NCBI GenBank assembly: GCA_044344255.1
Contig: JBIJDH010000002.1
Span: 160,001-224,000 of the forward strand
From: Myxococcota bacterium
Lineage (GTDB): Bacteria > Myxococcota_A > UBA796 > UBA2385
Reading direction: 5' to 3'
Length of the DNA: 64,000 bases
Each line of letters begins with the position of its first letter. The stretch's first letter is position 1. The notes under the pieces are model-generated. The model was not told where the DNA came from and did no database searches. It worked only from the letters and a program-made list of their open reading frames with translations. Positions 1 through 9,725 of this stretch are shown one piece after another. The translations under genes were made by a program, and so were the position numbers.

Positions 1-381
1 GGCGGTGACCGGCGCTGAGGGGCCGCCGCCCGCCATGCTCTCGGCGAGGATGGCCTGCTCAGCGCTCTCGGCGGGGGCCTCGCCCTCTCGACGACGGCGA
101 AGGGCTCGCCCGTCCCGCTCGCTTCGCAGCGAAGTGGACGGGCGGCTGCGGGCAGGCTCGGCGTTCGGCGCGGCGCTCGGCGCGGGTTGTTCACCGGAGG
201 GCGTGGCGTTGGGGTCGGCGTGCCAACGGTCGGCCTGCTTCCGGTTCGAATTCTGCGGGTTTGTGTTCTCGGAATTCGCGGGCCGAGGGTTCGAGCTCTG
301 GGAGCCTGAGCTCTGGGAGCCCGAGCTCCGAGACTCCGGCCTCCCTGACTCAACCTTGCTGCCACGGGACGATGCGCTCAC
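1..381 (-). CDS. N-terminal fragment of a protein running off the left edge (Ser/Pro/Asn-rich low-complexity start); product unknown
   Basis: Minus-strand GTG at 381, preceded by AGGAG at 6 nt spacing; open frame VSASSRGSKVESGRPES...APVTA continues to position 1. Not in the ORF track because there is no stop in the window. Confidence 0.55.
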   Translation of the reverse strand, partial: MSASSRGSKVESGRPESRSSGSQSSGSQSSNPRPANSENTNPQNSNRKQADRWHADPNATPSGEQPAPSAAPNAEPARSRPSTSLRSERDGRALRRRREGEAPAESAEQAILAESMAGGGPSAPVTA

Positions 382-505
382 GGGGATCTCCTGACGGGCG
401 GCCCCGGTAACCGGTCCCGGCGGCGGGCGAGGCAGGCCGGAATTGTCAGCAGTGTAGGGCTGACCTGTTTCGGGCTGGGCAAGGTCGTTGGGAGGTCTTA
501 TCAGT

Positions 506-535
506 GCAGGGTGCGAAATTGATTTCGCACCCTGC
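506..535. promoter_or_regulatory. Perfect 14-bp inverted repeat in a divergent intergenic region (candidate operator or hairpin)
   Basis: GCAGGGTGCGAAAT-TG-ATTTCGCACCCTGC; the two arms are exact reverse complements. Confidence 0.6.
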
Positions 536-601
536 GTAGGGGATGACCCGGTCCCTCGTCAGCGGGAGCCGCTCGGTGGCGCTCGGGAACAGGAAGGTCG
601 C

Positions 602-772
602 ATGTTGGTGCTCACGCAGAAGGAAGGCGAGGTCCTCCAAGTGGGGCCGGATGTCCGGATCCTCATCAAGCGAGTGAAGGGCAACTGGGTGCGCCTGTGT
701 ATCGAGGCGCCGCGGGACGTCGTCCTGCAGCGTCACGCCGCTCCAGAGCCAGAGGTGGTGTACCAGCGTTAG
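602..772 (+). CDS. csrA: Carbon storage regulator CsrA/RsmA-family RNA-binding protein (divergent)
   Basis: MLVLTQKEGEVLQVGPDVRILIKRVKGNWVRLCIEAPRDVVLQR matches the CsrA pattern MLILTR..GE...IGD.V...V..V.GNQVRIG..AP..V.V.R; AGGAAGG upstream. Confidence 0.85.
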   Translation: MLVLTQKEGEVLQVGPDVRILIKRVKGNWVRLCIEAPRDVVLQRHAAPEPEVVYQR

Positions 773-816
773 TCGAGCGGCTCCGCCGGGCCAGCCCGGC
801 GCGGTCGGGAGGAGCG

Positions 817-1920
817 GTGTCCGCGGAGCACGACGAACGATTGGCGCCCTACGACTACGCTCTCCCCGAGGCGCTGGTCGCGCGGTACCCAGCTCCGCGG
901 CGGGAGGACGCTCGGCTGATGGTCCTCCGCGGCGGCCGGCGTTCGCCTTGCGAGCCCGCTGAGCATCGGCGGGTCTTCGATCTCCCGGGCCTCCTCCTCC
1001 CCGGTGACCTCCTCGTCGTCAATGACACGAGGGTGCTCCCGGCCCGCCTCGGCGCGCGGCGGCGTTCAGGGGGGAGCGTCGAGCTCTTCGTCCTGGAGCC
1101 ACACGGGGCGGTGGCTCGCTGTCTCCTCCGACCCGGGCGTCGTCTCTCCGCGGGAGAGCGGCTGAAGCTCGAGCGGGCAGAGGGAGGTGCGGTCGAGGGC
1201 CCGTCGGCCGAGGGCGGAGCCGCCTCGGTCGAGCGTTGGGTCGAGCTGCTCTCCCTTCATGAGGACGGGAGCTGGGATGTGGCCTTTGACCGCCCCGTCA
1301 GCGAGGTCATGGAGGAGCTCGGGGCGATGCCGCTGCCGCCCTACCTCGGCCGACCGGCCGAGCGGCTGGACCGGGACCGCTATCAGACGGTGTACGCCGG
1401 TCCGAGCGGCGCGGTGGCGGCTCCGACGGCAGGGCTCCACCTGTCCGCCGAGGTGCTCGCAGCCCTACACGCCCGCGGCGTCGCGCTGGCGCGGGTGACT
1501 TTGCACGTGGGTGCGGGCACCTTTCGAAACCTCCGGCCGGCGGACCTCGACGCGGGCGAGCTGCACCCCGAACGATGGTCGATCCCCGTCGAGACCGCGG
1601 CCGCCATCACCACCGCCCAGGCGCGGGGCGGCCGGGTGGTCGCGGTGGGCACGACGACCACCCGGACGTTGGAGAGCGCGGCCGACGAGCGCGGCCGGAT
1701 CGAGGCCGGCGAAGGGGAGACTCGGATCTTCATTCGAGAGGGGCACCGCTTTCGGGTTGTGGGCGGGCTGCTCACCAACCTCCACCTCCCCAAGAGCTCG
1801 TTGTTGATGTTGGTGGCGGCCTTCGCGGGCCGAGCGCGGGTGATGGGTGCCTATGGGGTAGCGGTGGAGGAGGGGTATCGGTTCTTTAGCTACGGAGACG
1901 CCATGCTCCTCCTGCCCTGA
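817..1920 (+). CDS. queA: S-adenosylmethionine:tRNA ribosyltransferase-isomerase
   Basis: YDYALPEALVA, LVVNDTRV, PLPPY, YQTVYA, AAPTAGLH, TLHVGAGTF, AVGTT, YRFFSYGDAM motifs; start at GTG 817 is approximate. Confidence 0.95.
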   Translation: MSAEHDERLAPYDYALPEALVARYPAPRREDARLMVLRGGRRSPCEPAEHRRVFDLPGLLLPGDLLVVNDTRVLPARLGARRRSGGSVELFVLEPHGAVARCLLRPGRRLSAGERLKLERAEGGAVEGPSAEGGAASVERWVELLSLHEDGSWDVAFDRPVSEVMEELGAMPLPPYLGRPAERLDRDRYQTVYAGPSGAVAAPTAGLHLSAEVLAALHARGVALARVTLHVGAGTFRNLRPADLDAGELHPERWSIPVETAAAITTAQARGGRVVAVGTTTTRTLESAADERGRIEAGEGETRIFIREGHRFRVVGGLLTNLHLPKSSLLMLVAAFAGRARVMGAYGVAVEEGYRFFSYGDAMLLLP

Positions 1921-3117
<1,197 letters not shown>

Positions 3118-3154
3118 AGGTCTGATCGAAGCGGCGCCTCAGGCCGGAGACATC

Positions 3155-3505
3155 ATGGAGAGCATCGCCCAAGCCCAGACCACCGAGACCACGGGGGCGT
3201 CCGCCGACGCGCCTGCGGGTGGACCCATGTCCAACCCGCTGGTCATGGTCCCCTTGATGATCCTCATCTTCTACTTCTTCATCATCCGTCCCCAGCGGAC
3301 GGAGCAGAAGCAGCACGAGACGATGATCGCCGGCCTCCAGAAGGGTGACCGGGTGGCGACCTCGAGTGGCCTTCATGGGCGGATCCACGAGGTGAAGGAC
3401 GGAGAGGTCCACCTCGACATCGCCGAGAAGGTGCGGGTCACGATGGACAAGGCGGCGATCAAGCGCAAGCTGCCGGCGGCCCTCTCTGACAACAAGGAGG
3501 GTTGA
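3155..3505 (+). CDS. yajC: Preprotein translocase subunit YajC
   Basis: TM helix plus FYFFIIRPQ and LQKGDRVATSSGLHG; canonical tgt-yajC-secDF order. Confidence 0.95.
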   Translation: MESIAQAQTTETTGASADAPAGGPMSNPLVMVPLMILIFYFFIIRPQRTEQKQHETMIAGLQKGDRVATSSGLHGRIHEVKDGEVHLDIAEKVRVTMDKAAIKRKLPAALSDNKEG

Positions 3506-3508
3506 ACC

Positions 3509-5302
3509 ATGTCCGGCAGCTGGTGGACACGGGCGATGATCACGCTCCTCGCCTTCCTCTGGTCGATCTGGACCCTCGTCCCGAGCTTCCTCGACCAGTC
3601 CGCGATGGACCGCTTCAACGATCAGGCCGCTCAGGCAGAGGCCGCCGCGTCCGGACAGGACGCCGCCGCAGCCGCCGAGGTGCCTTGGTGGTTCCCCTAC
3701 ATGTCGAAGGCCCGCATCACCTTCGGCCTCGACCTGCAGGGCGGGATCGACCTCACCCTGAACGTGGACGTGGACGAGGCGCTGGCCTCGAGCGTGCAGC
3801 GCGACATCAAGCCCATCCTCGACACCGCGGAGAAGGAGGGGGTCCGCTTGGCCGAGGTGACTCGCGCCCGCGGTGAGCCCACCCTGCTGATCCTGCCCGG
3901 GGAGGGCACCACGCTCGTCGGCATCCAGGACCTGCTGAAGAAGCAGTACTCCGGCTACGAGTACGTCGAGACCCGCTCTTTGGATGGGAAGGATCGTTTT
4001 GCCTTCACCGTGACCTCCGAGCAGGCCGCTATCGTGAAGAAGCGGGCCGTCGAGCAGGCTCGCGAGACCCTGATGAACCGCATCGACGAGACCGGCGTAA
4101 AAGAGCCGAGCATCGTCCTCCGGGGTGAGAGCCAGATCAACGTCCAGCTTCCGGGCATCGACAACATCGAGCAGGCGACGCAGGCCATCGGGCAAGCCGC
4201 GGTCCTCGAGTTCATGCTGGTCGATGAAGACGTGATGCGCGGCGCCAACATCGGGCGCATCGTTCAGTCGGCGAAGGACAAGGCCCCCCCGGAGGCCGCC
4301 GCGGACGATGACCTGCTGACCGAGTGGCTGGTCGGACAGGGCCTCATCCCCGCGACCGACCGGGTGCTGTTCGAGTACGTCGAGCAGGTCGTGGACGGCA
4401 AGAAGATCAAGGTGCGGGACTGGGAGCAGGGCGTTTACGTCGTCAAGAGCGACGTCATCCTCACCGGCGACGACATCAACAACGCGCAAGTCGGCTGGAA
4501 TCAATACAACGAGCCCTACGTGTCGCTCGACTTCAAGCCGCGCGGCTCCCAGGTCTTCTGCGATGTCACCACCGAGAATGTGCGTCGGCGCTTCGCCATT
4601 GTCCTCGATGGTCAGGTCCGTTCGGCCCCGAACATCCGCGAGAAGATCTGCGGGGGGCGCGCCAGCATCGAGATGGGCACGCAAGACGCGCAGGCGTCGA
4701 TGAAGGAGGCTCAGGTCCTCTCCCTGGTGTTGCGCACCGGCGCCTTGCCGGCCCCCGTCCAGATCGGTCAGATCCAGGTGGTGGGCGCGAGCCTGGGCGC
4801 TGACGCGGTCCGCTCCGGCGTGCTCGCGGCGGCCTTCGGTTCGGCCATCGTCGTCTTCTACATGATCTTCTACTACCGGCTCTCGGGTGTGCTCTCGGTC
4901 GTCGCGCTGACGCTCAACGTGTTGATGAACATGGCCTTGCTGGCGATGGCCGGCGCGACCTTGACGCTCCCCGGGTTCTGCGGGATCGCGCTCACCGTCG
5001 CGATGGCGGTCGATTGCAACATCATCATCTACGAGCGGATCCGCGAGGAGATGCGAATCGGCAAGAACTCACGGGCCGCCGCTGACACCGGCTTTGACCG
5101 CGCGCTCTGGGCCATCCTCGACGGCCACATCACGATGTTCATCTCGGGTGTGGTGCTCTACACTTACGGCTCCGGTCCCATCAAGGGCTTTGCCGTGACG
5201 CTCATGATCGGCATCGTCACTACTTTGTTCACGGGCGTGATGTCTTCACGCGTGTTGATGGAGTGGGTGACCCGCCGGTCCACTGGCCGTCTCTCCATCT
5301 GA
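3509..5302 (+). CDS. secD: Protein translocase subunit SecD
   Basis: GLDLQGG, NRID..GV.EP, LRTGALPAP, TLTLPG, DCNIIIYERIREE, GPIKGFAVTL. Confidence 0.97.
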   Translation: MSGSWWTRAMITLLAFLWSIWTLVPSFLDQSAMDRFNDQAAQAEAAASGQDAAAAAEVPWWFPYMSKARITFGLDLQGGIDLTLNVDVDEALASSVQRDIKPILDTAEKEGVRLAEVTRARGEPTLLILPGEGTTLVGIQDLLKKQYSGYEYVETRSLDGKDRFAFTVTSEQAAIVKKRAVEQARETLMNRIDETGVKEPSIVLRGESQINVQLPGIDNIEQATQAIGQAAVLEFMLVDEDVMRGANIGRIVQSAKDKAPPEAAADDDLLTEWLVGQGLIPATDRVLFEYVEQVVDGKKIKVRDWEQGVYVVKSDVILTGDDINNAQVGWNQYNEPYVSLDFKPRGSQVFCDVTTENVRRRFAIVLDGQVRSAPNIREKICGGRASIEMGTQDAQASMKEAQVLSLVLRTGALPAPVQIGQIQVVGASLGADAVRSGVLAAAFGSAIVVFYMIFYYRLSGVLSVVALTLNVLMNMALLAMAGATLTLPGFCGIALTVAMAVDCNIIIYERIREEMRIGKNSRAAADTGFDRALWAILDGHITMFISGVVLYTYGSGPIKGFAVTLMIGIVTTLFTGVMSSRVLMEWVTRRSTGRLSI

Positions 5303-5328
5303 AGTACGGTAGACACGGAGCTCTTGTC

Positions 5329-6573
5329 ATGATCGAAATGATCAAGCCCGGCACCCAGATTGACTTCGTCGGCTGGCGGCGGTTCTGGGCCATCTTCTCC
5401 TTTGTCGCCGTGATCTTTGGTCTCTCGCTCTTCATCTTCAAGGGGCCGCGCTGGAGCATCGAGTTCACCGGTGGCACCGAGGTCCAGCTGGACTTCGATT
5501 CGGCGATCGAGATCGGTGAGTTCAGAGACTCGCTCGAGACCCTGGGAATCTCCTCGGACTCCATTCAGCAGGTCGGTAAGGATGAGGATGGCGTCTACGT
5601 CGTCCGCATCCAGGACCCCACCTTCGGCACCGAGGCGCTTCGTCAGCAGGTCGAGTCGGCCCTGAAGGCCAAGTTCGGCGACACCTGGATTCAAGACGTT
5701 GTCTTCGACGCCCAGGTGGGCGCCCGGATGACCATCCGCTACGCCGGTGATCGTGTGAAGGTCGAGGACGTCGCGGCGGCGGTGGCGTCGGTGCCGAACG
5801 CCTCTGTTCAGGACGCGCCGGACGACAACACCGTCTACGTGAAGCTCGGCGGGCTGGCCTCGGAGATCGAGCGCACCATCCGCGGCTCGCTCACCGGTCA
5901 TGAGTTCAAGGTCACCGCCGTGAACTCGGTGGGCCCGAAGGTCGGTGGAGATCTGCGCACGAAGGGAATCTTCTCGATCGCGATCACCATCCTCCTCATC
6001 GTGGTCTACATCGCGTTCCGCTTTGAGCTGGCGTATGCGCCGGGGGCCATCTTGTGCCTCGTGCACGACGTCGCGCTCACGGTCGGCGTGTTCATCGTGC
6101 TCGACAAGGAGTTCAACACCTCCTTCATCGCGGCCTTGCTGACGATCATCGGGTACTCGCTGAACGACACGATCGTCATCTACGACCGAATCCGGGAGAA
6201 CTCCCGTCGGTACCGCCGGAAGGATCTCGGCCAGCTCATCAATGATTCGATCAATGAGACCCTGACCCGCACGATCTCCACCTCGCTCGTGACCGTGTTG
6301 GCGATGCTCGCCTTCCTCTTCGAGGGTGGCCAGGTCATCCAGGACTTCGCGCTCGCTATCACCCTCGGCGTCTTCTTCGGCACCTACTCCACCATCTACG
6401 TCGCCACGCCGACCGTGCTCCTCCTCCAGGAGTACAAGCCCTTGTTGGACAAGTGGTTCGGCTTCGCCAAGGTGGCGCCCGAGGTCGCGACCGCTGGGGC
6501 GGGGGCAGCCGGCGGGCGTCGGCGAAGGGAGTCTGCGGAGCCTGAGCTGGGCGCAGATGGTGAGGAGCCCTGA
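5329..6573 (+). CDS. secF: Protein translocase subunit SecF
   Basis: IDF, SIEFTGGT, VGPKVG, YIAFRF, HD, IGYSLNDTIVIYDRIREN, GTYSTIYVA. Confidence 0.96.
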   Translation: MIEMIKPGTQIDFVGWRRFWAIFSFVAVIFGLSLFIFKGPRWSIEFTGGTEVQLDFDSAIEIGEFRDSLETLGISSDSIQQVGKDEDGVYVVRIQDPTFGTEALRQQVESALKAKFGDTWIQDVVFDAQVGARMTIRYAGDRVKVEDVAAAVASVPNASVQDAPDDNTVYVKLGGLASEIERTIRGSLTGHEFKVTAVNSVGPKVGGDLRTKGIFSIAITILLIVVYIAFRFELAYAPGAILCLVHDVALTVGVFIVLDKEFNTSFIAALLTIIGYSLNDTIVIYDRIRENSRRYRRKDLGQLINDSINETLTRTISTSLVTVLAMLAFLFEGGQVIQDFALAITLGVFFGTYSTIYVATPTVLLLQEYKPLLDKWFGFAKVAPEVATAGAGAAGGRRRRESAEPELGADGEEP

Positions 6574-6588
6574 GGGGGAGGAGGTTCG

Positions 6589-6897
6589 ATGACGCGGTCT
6601 GAGCTGGTGGAGAGCCTGTCGAACCACCTGGTCCAGCCGACCTCGACGGTCGAGGCCGTGGTGGACACGGTCTTCGCCCAGATGCGAGAGGCGCTCGTTG
6701 AGGGCGGTCGGGTGGAGATCCGCGGCTTCGGCTCCTTTCAGACCAAGGACTACCCCGCCTATCGGGGGAGGAACCCGCGGACCGGCCGCCCCCTGGATGT
6801 CGCGGAGAAGCGGCTCCCCGTCTTTCGGGCGGGCAAGGAGCTTCGGGAGCGCCTCGAGCAGGAGCCCCTCTCGCCGATGACGGAGCCGAACCCATGA
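6589..6897 (+). CDS. ihfB: Integration host factor beta / HU-family DNA-binding protein
   Basis: MTRSELV, RVEIRGFGSF, GRNPRTG, F.AGKELRER. Confidence 0.85.
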   Translation: MTRSELVESLSNHLVQPTSTVEAVVDTVFAQMREALVEGGRVEIRGFGSFQTKDYPAYRGRNPRTGRPLDVAEKRLPVFRAGKELRERLEQEPLSPMTEPNP

Positions 6898-7469
6898 GCC
6901 GCCGACGAACAGGTGGGCTCCTCGTCTCCGGCGCCCTCGCTGGCCTCCTCTGGAGCCCTGCCGGTGTGGCCGCGACCTACCTCAACGGTGTTCGGGCCGA
7001 TGGCCTGAGCAACCTGGAGCTCAAGGACGTCGACGTCCGGGTGGACAAGGATGGCAACATCTGGATCGACGCTCCCCAATACAAGGTGGAGGTGGAAGCC
7101 GGCTCCGGCAGCCGCCGCGCTGATCCCCCGGTTGCGGCGGGTCGATATTGGATCGTGAGCGAAGATGTGGGCTCGTCGGGGCAGGCCATCGAGGTGCTGA
7201 TCAACGGCGGCCTCGTGCGGGTGTTCCGATCGGGGGAGGCGCAGCTCGTCCTCGATCTGGCGCCGTACCTCAAACATGGCCTCAACACCGTGCTCTTCGT
7301 GCCCCGCGCCGATGCCGCCGGAGCCGCGGGCTCGGTCTTCCTCCACGTGGGCACCGGCACCAGCCAGGCCGGCACCCTGCTCCTGGATCAGGCGCTGATT
7401 CGGTTCTCCCGTCGGGCCGACGCGCCCCCGGGTTCGGCCAACCAGTCCTTTGAGCTCCAGGTCCCTTAG
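6894..7469 (+). CDS. Secreted hypothetical protein (beta-rich)
   Basis: Signal peptide ending in GVAA; ATGA overlap with ihfB; coding-like GC3. Confidence 0.75.
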   Translation: MSRRRTGGLLVSGALAGLLWSPAGVAATYLNGVRADGLSNLELKDVDVRVDKDGNIWIDAPQYKVEVEAGSGSRRADPPVAAGRYWIVSEDVGSSGQAIEVLINGGLVRVFRSGEAQLVLDLAPYLKHGLNTVLFVPRADAAGAAGSVFLHVGTGTSQAGTLLLDQALIRFSRRADAPPGSANQSFELQVP

Positions 7470-7496
7470 GCAACCGCACCCGCGAGAGGCCCCACC

Positions 7497-8903
7497 ATGT
7501 CGACCGCCTACACCCAGCCAGAGATCAGCGAGGGTGCCTCCCTGATCGTCGGGCGCCGCACCTACGTCCTCGACACCAATGTGCTGCTCTACGATCCAAA
7601 CGCGATCAACGTCTTCAAGGAGCATGTGCTGGTCATCCCGATCATCGTGATCGAGGAGATCGACAAGTTCAAGAAGGACCTGAACGAGACGGGCCGAAAC
7701 GCGCGCGCCGTCTCGCGCCGCCTCGATGACCTCCGCGCCGCGGGCAGCCTCTCCACGGGGGTGCCCCTCCCGAACGGCGGCCTCCTCCGCGTCGAGATGC
7801 CGCATGAGGACACGATCCTCCCCGACGGCTTCGGACCCCGCAGCAACGACAACATCATCCTGTCGACGGTGCTCGACCTCTCGAGGCGGGAGGGGCGAGA
7901 CCGGGTCGTCTTTGTCACCCGCGACACCAACATGCGCATCAAGGCCGATGCGCTCGGAATCTCCGTCGAGGACTACGAGCACGCACACATCAGCGTCGAC
8001 GAGAACTACACCGGCGTGATGGAGCGGGTCCTCTCTTCGAGCCGCCTGCAGGAGCTGTACACGAAGACCAGCATCCCCCTCGAAGAGGGAGAGGCCGCTG
8101 AGCTCGGGGTCTTCCCCAACCAGTTCCTCGTCTTGCACGCTCAGGACAACCCGGCTCAGACCGCCCTTGCTCGTTATGATCACCGAAAGGCGAGGATCAA
8201 GCTGGTGGGTCGCCACAAGGAGGGGGTCTGGGGAATCTTCGCGCGAAACAAGGAGCAGCTCTTCGCGTTGGAGCTCCTGCTCGATGACAGCGTCTCGCTG
8301 GTCACCCTCGACGGCATGGCCGGCACCGGCAAGACCTTGCTCGCGATCGCCTGCGGGCTGCGCATGGTGACCGATGAGAGCCGGTACCGGCGCCTCGTGG
8401 TGAGCCGACCGATCTTCCCGATGGGGCGCGATCTCGGCTTCCTCCCCGGGGACATCTCCGAGAAGCTCAACCCCTGGATGAAGCCGATCTACGACAACCT
8501 CGAGCTGCTCACCGGCTCCGCCGAGACCGAGGAGCGGCCGAACAAGCGGAGCGGGCCGCAGCAGCCTCCGGGCTACCAGGCCTTGATGGATCAGGGGATG
8601 ATCGAGGTCGAGCCGCTCACCTACATCCGCGGGCGGTCGATACCTCGCCAGTACCTCGTGGTCGACGAGGCCCAGAATCTCACGCCCCATGAGGTCAAGA
8701 CGGTGATCACCCGCGCGGGGGAGGGCACCAAGATCGTGCTCACCGGCGATCCGTACCAGATCGACAACCCCTACGTGGACGCCATGTCGAACGGCCTGAC
8801 CTACGTGGTGGAGCGCATGAAGCAGAGCGCCGTCGCAGGGCACGTCACCCTTCGGAAGGGGGAGCGCTCCGAGCTCGCCGAGCTCGCGGCGAGGATGCTC
8901 TGA
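7497..8903 (+). CDS. phoH2: PIN-domain + PhoH ATPase (PhoH2 / YlaK type)
   Basis: N-terminal PIN motif YVLDTNVLL...NDN.IL...VTRDTNMRIKA; Walker A GMAGTGKT; DEAQN; GDPYQID. Confidence 0.92.
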   Translation: MSTAYTQPEISEGASLIVGRRTYVLDTNVLLYDPNAINVFKEHVLVIPIIVIEEIDKFKKDLNETGRNARAVSRRLDDLRAAGSLSTGVPLPNGGLLRVEMPHEDTILPDGFGPRSNDNIILSTVLDLSRREGRDRVVFVTRDTNMRIKADALGISVEDYEHAHISVDENYTGVMERVLSSSRLQELYTKTSIPLEEGEAAELGVFPNQFLVLHAQDNPAQTALARYDHRKARIKLVGRHKEGVWGIFARNKEQLFALELLLDDSVSLVTLDGMAGTGKTLLAIACGLRMVTDESRYRRLVVSRPIFPMGRDLGFLPGDISEKLNPWMKPIYDNLELLTGSAETEERPNKRSGPQQPPGYQALMDQGMIEVEPLTYIRGRSIPRQYLVVDEAQNLTPHEVKTVITRAGEGTKIVLTGDPYQIDNPYVDAMSNGLTYVVERMKQSAVAGHVTLRKGERSELAELAARML

Positions 8904-8904
8904 C

Positions 8905-9705
8905 ATGGCCGGTGGGGCGGGCGCGCAACAGCTTGAAGGGCGAAATGTGGTGGTGGAGGCTCTGGAGCGCCGCCGCCGCCGGGTGATTCGGGTGCTGCTG
9001 GACGATCGCGCCAAGCCGGATCCGAAGGTCGCGCACCTCTTGGAGCTGGCCTCGGCGGCGCGGGTGGAGGTTCGACGGGTACCGCGGGGCGAGCTCGATC
9101 GGATGAGCCTCACCGGCGTGCACAACGGGGTCATCGCGCTGGTGGATCCGCTGCCCGAATGGAGCGTGGCCGGCTTGCTCGAGTCCCTGGAGCGGGAAGG
9201 CAAAGATCCCTTCCTCGTGCTCGTGGACGAGATCCAGTATGAGCACAACCTCGGCGCCGTTCTCCGGAGCGCGCTGGGCGCCGGCGTTGACGGGCTGGTG
9301 ATCCCGGTCCAACGCGGCAAGGGCATCACACCGGTGGTCCAGCGCGTAGCGATGGGGGCCGCCGAGGTCGTACCCGTCGTGCGCGAGGGCCTGTCTTCGG
9401 CCCTGGCCACCCTCCGTCGCGCGGGCATCCGGATCGTGGGCGCCGACATGGGGGGCGATCCGTGCTGGTCGGTGCCGCTGACGGGCCCCATCGCGCTCGT
9501 GCTCGGGGGGGAGGACAAGGGCCTCAGCTCTACCCTCCGTTCCCGCTGTGACAGCATCGCCGCCGTCCCGCTCGGCGGCGGTCTGGAGTCGCTGAACGTG
9601 AGCGTCACCGCCGGGATCCTCATGTTCGAGAAGCGCCGGCAGGAGCTCGCGCTCGCCGCAGGCGTTTCTCGCCCCTGGATGGGACCGCCTCCGTCTGGGG
9701 GTTAG
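8905..9705 (+). CDS. rlmB: 23S rRNA Gm2251 2'-O-methyltransferase (TrmH/SpoU family)
   Basis: GRNVV.EAL, HNGVIA, HNLGAVLRSA, LGGEDKGL, ESLNVSV. Confidence 0.88.
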   Translation: MAGGAGAQQLEGRNVVVEALERRRRRVIRVLLDDRAKPDPKVAHLLELASAARVEVRRVPRGELDRMSLTGVHNGVIALVDPLPEWSVAGLLESLEREGKDPFLVLVDEIQYEHNLGAVLRSALGAGVDGLVIPVQRGKGITPVVQRVAMGAAEVVPVVREGLSSALATLRRAGIRIVGADMGGDPCWSVPLTGPIALVLGGEDKGLSSTLRSRCDSIAAVPLGGGLESLNVSVTAGILMFEKRRQELALAAGVSRPWMGPPPSGG

Positions 9706-9725
9706 GCACCCGCCGAGGTGGATCG

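Noticed and set aside
6894..8903. PhoH2 toxin-antitoxin pair
   Set aside because: The upstream gene encodes a secreted protein, not a small antitoxin; PIN-PhoH here looks like housekeeping.
6759..9623. 954-aa minus-strand ORF (likewise 50685-53828 +, 61639-63885 +, 43876-45762 +, 9702-11567 -, 19355-20923 -)
   Set aside because: Antisense shadows of well-identified genes; long stop-free frames are expected at this GC content and they carry no recognisable motifs.
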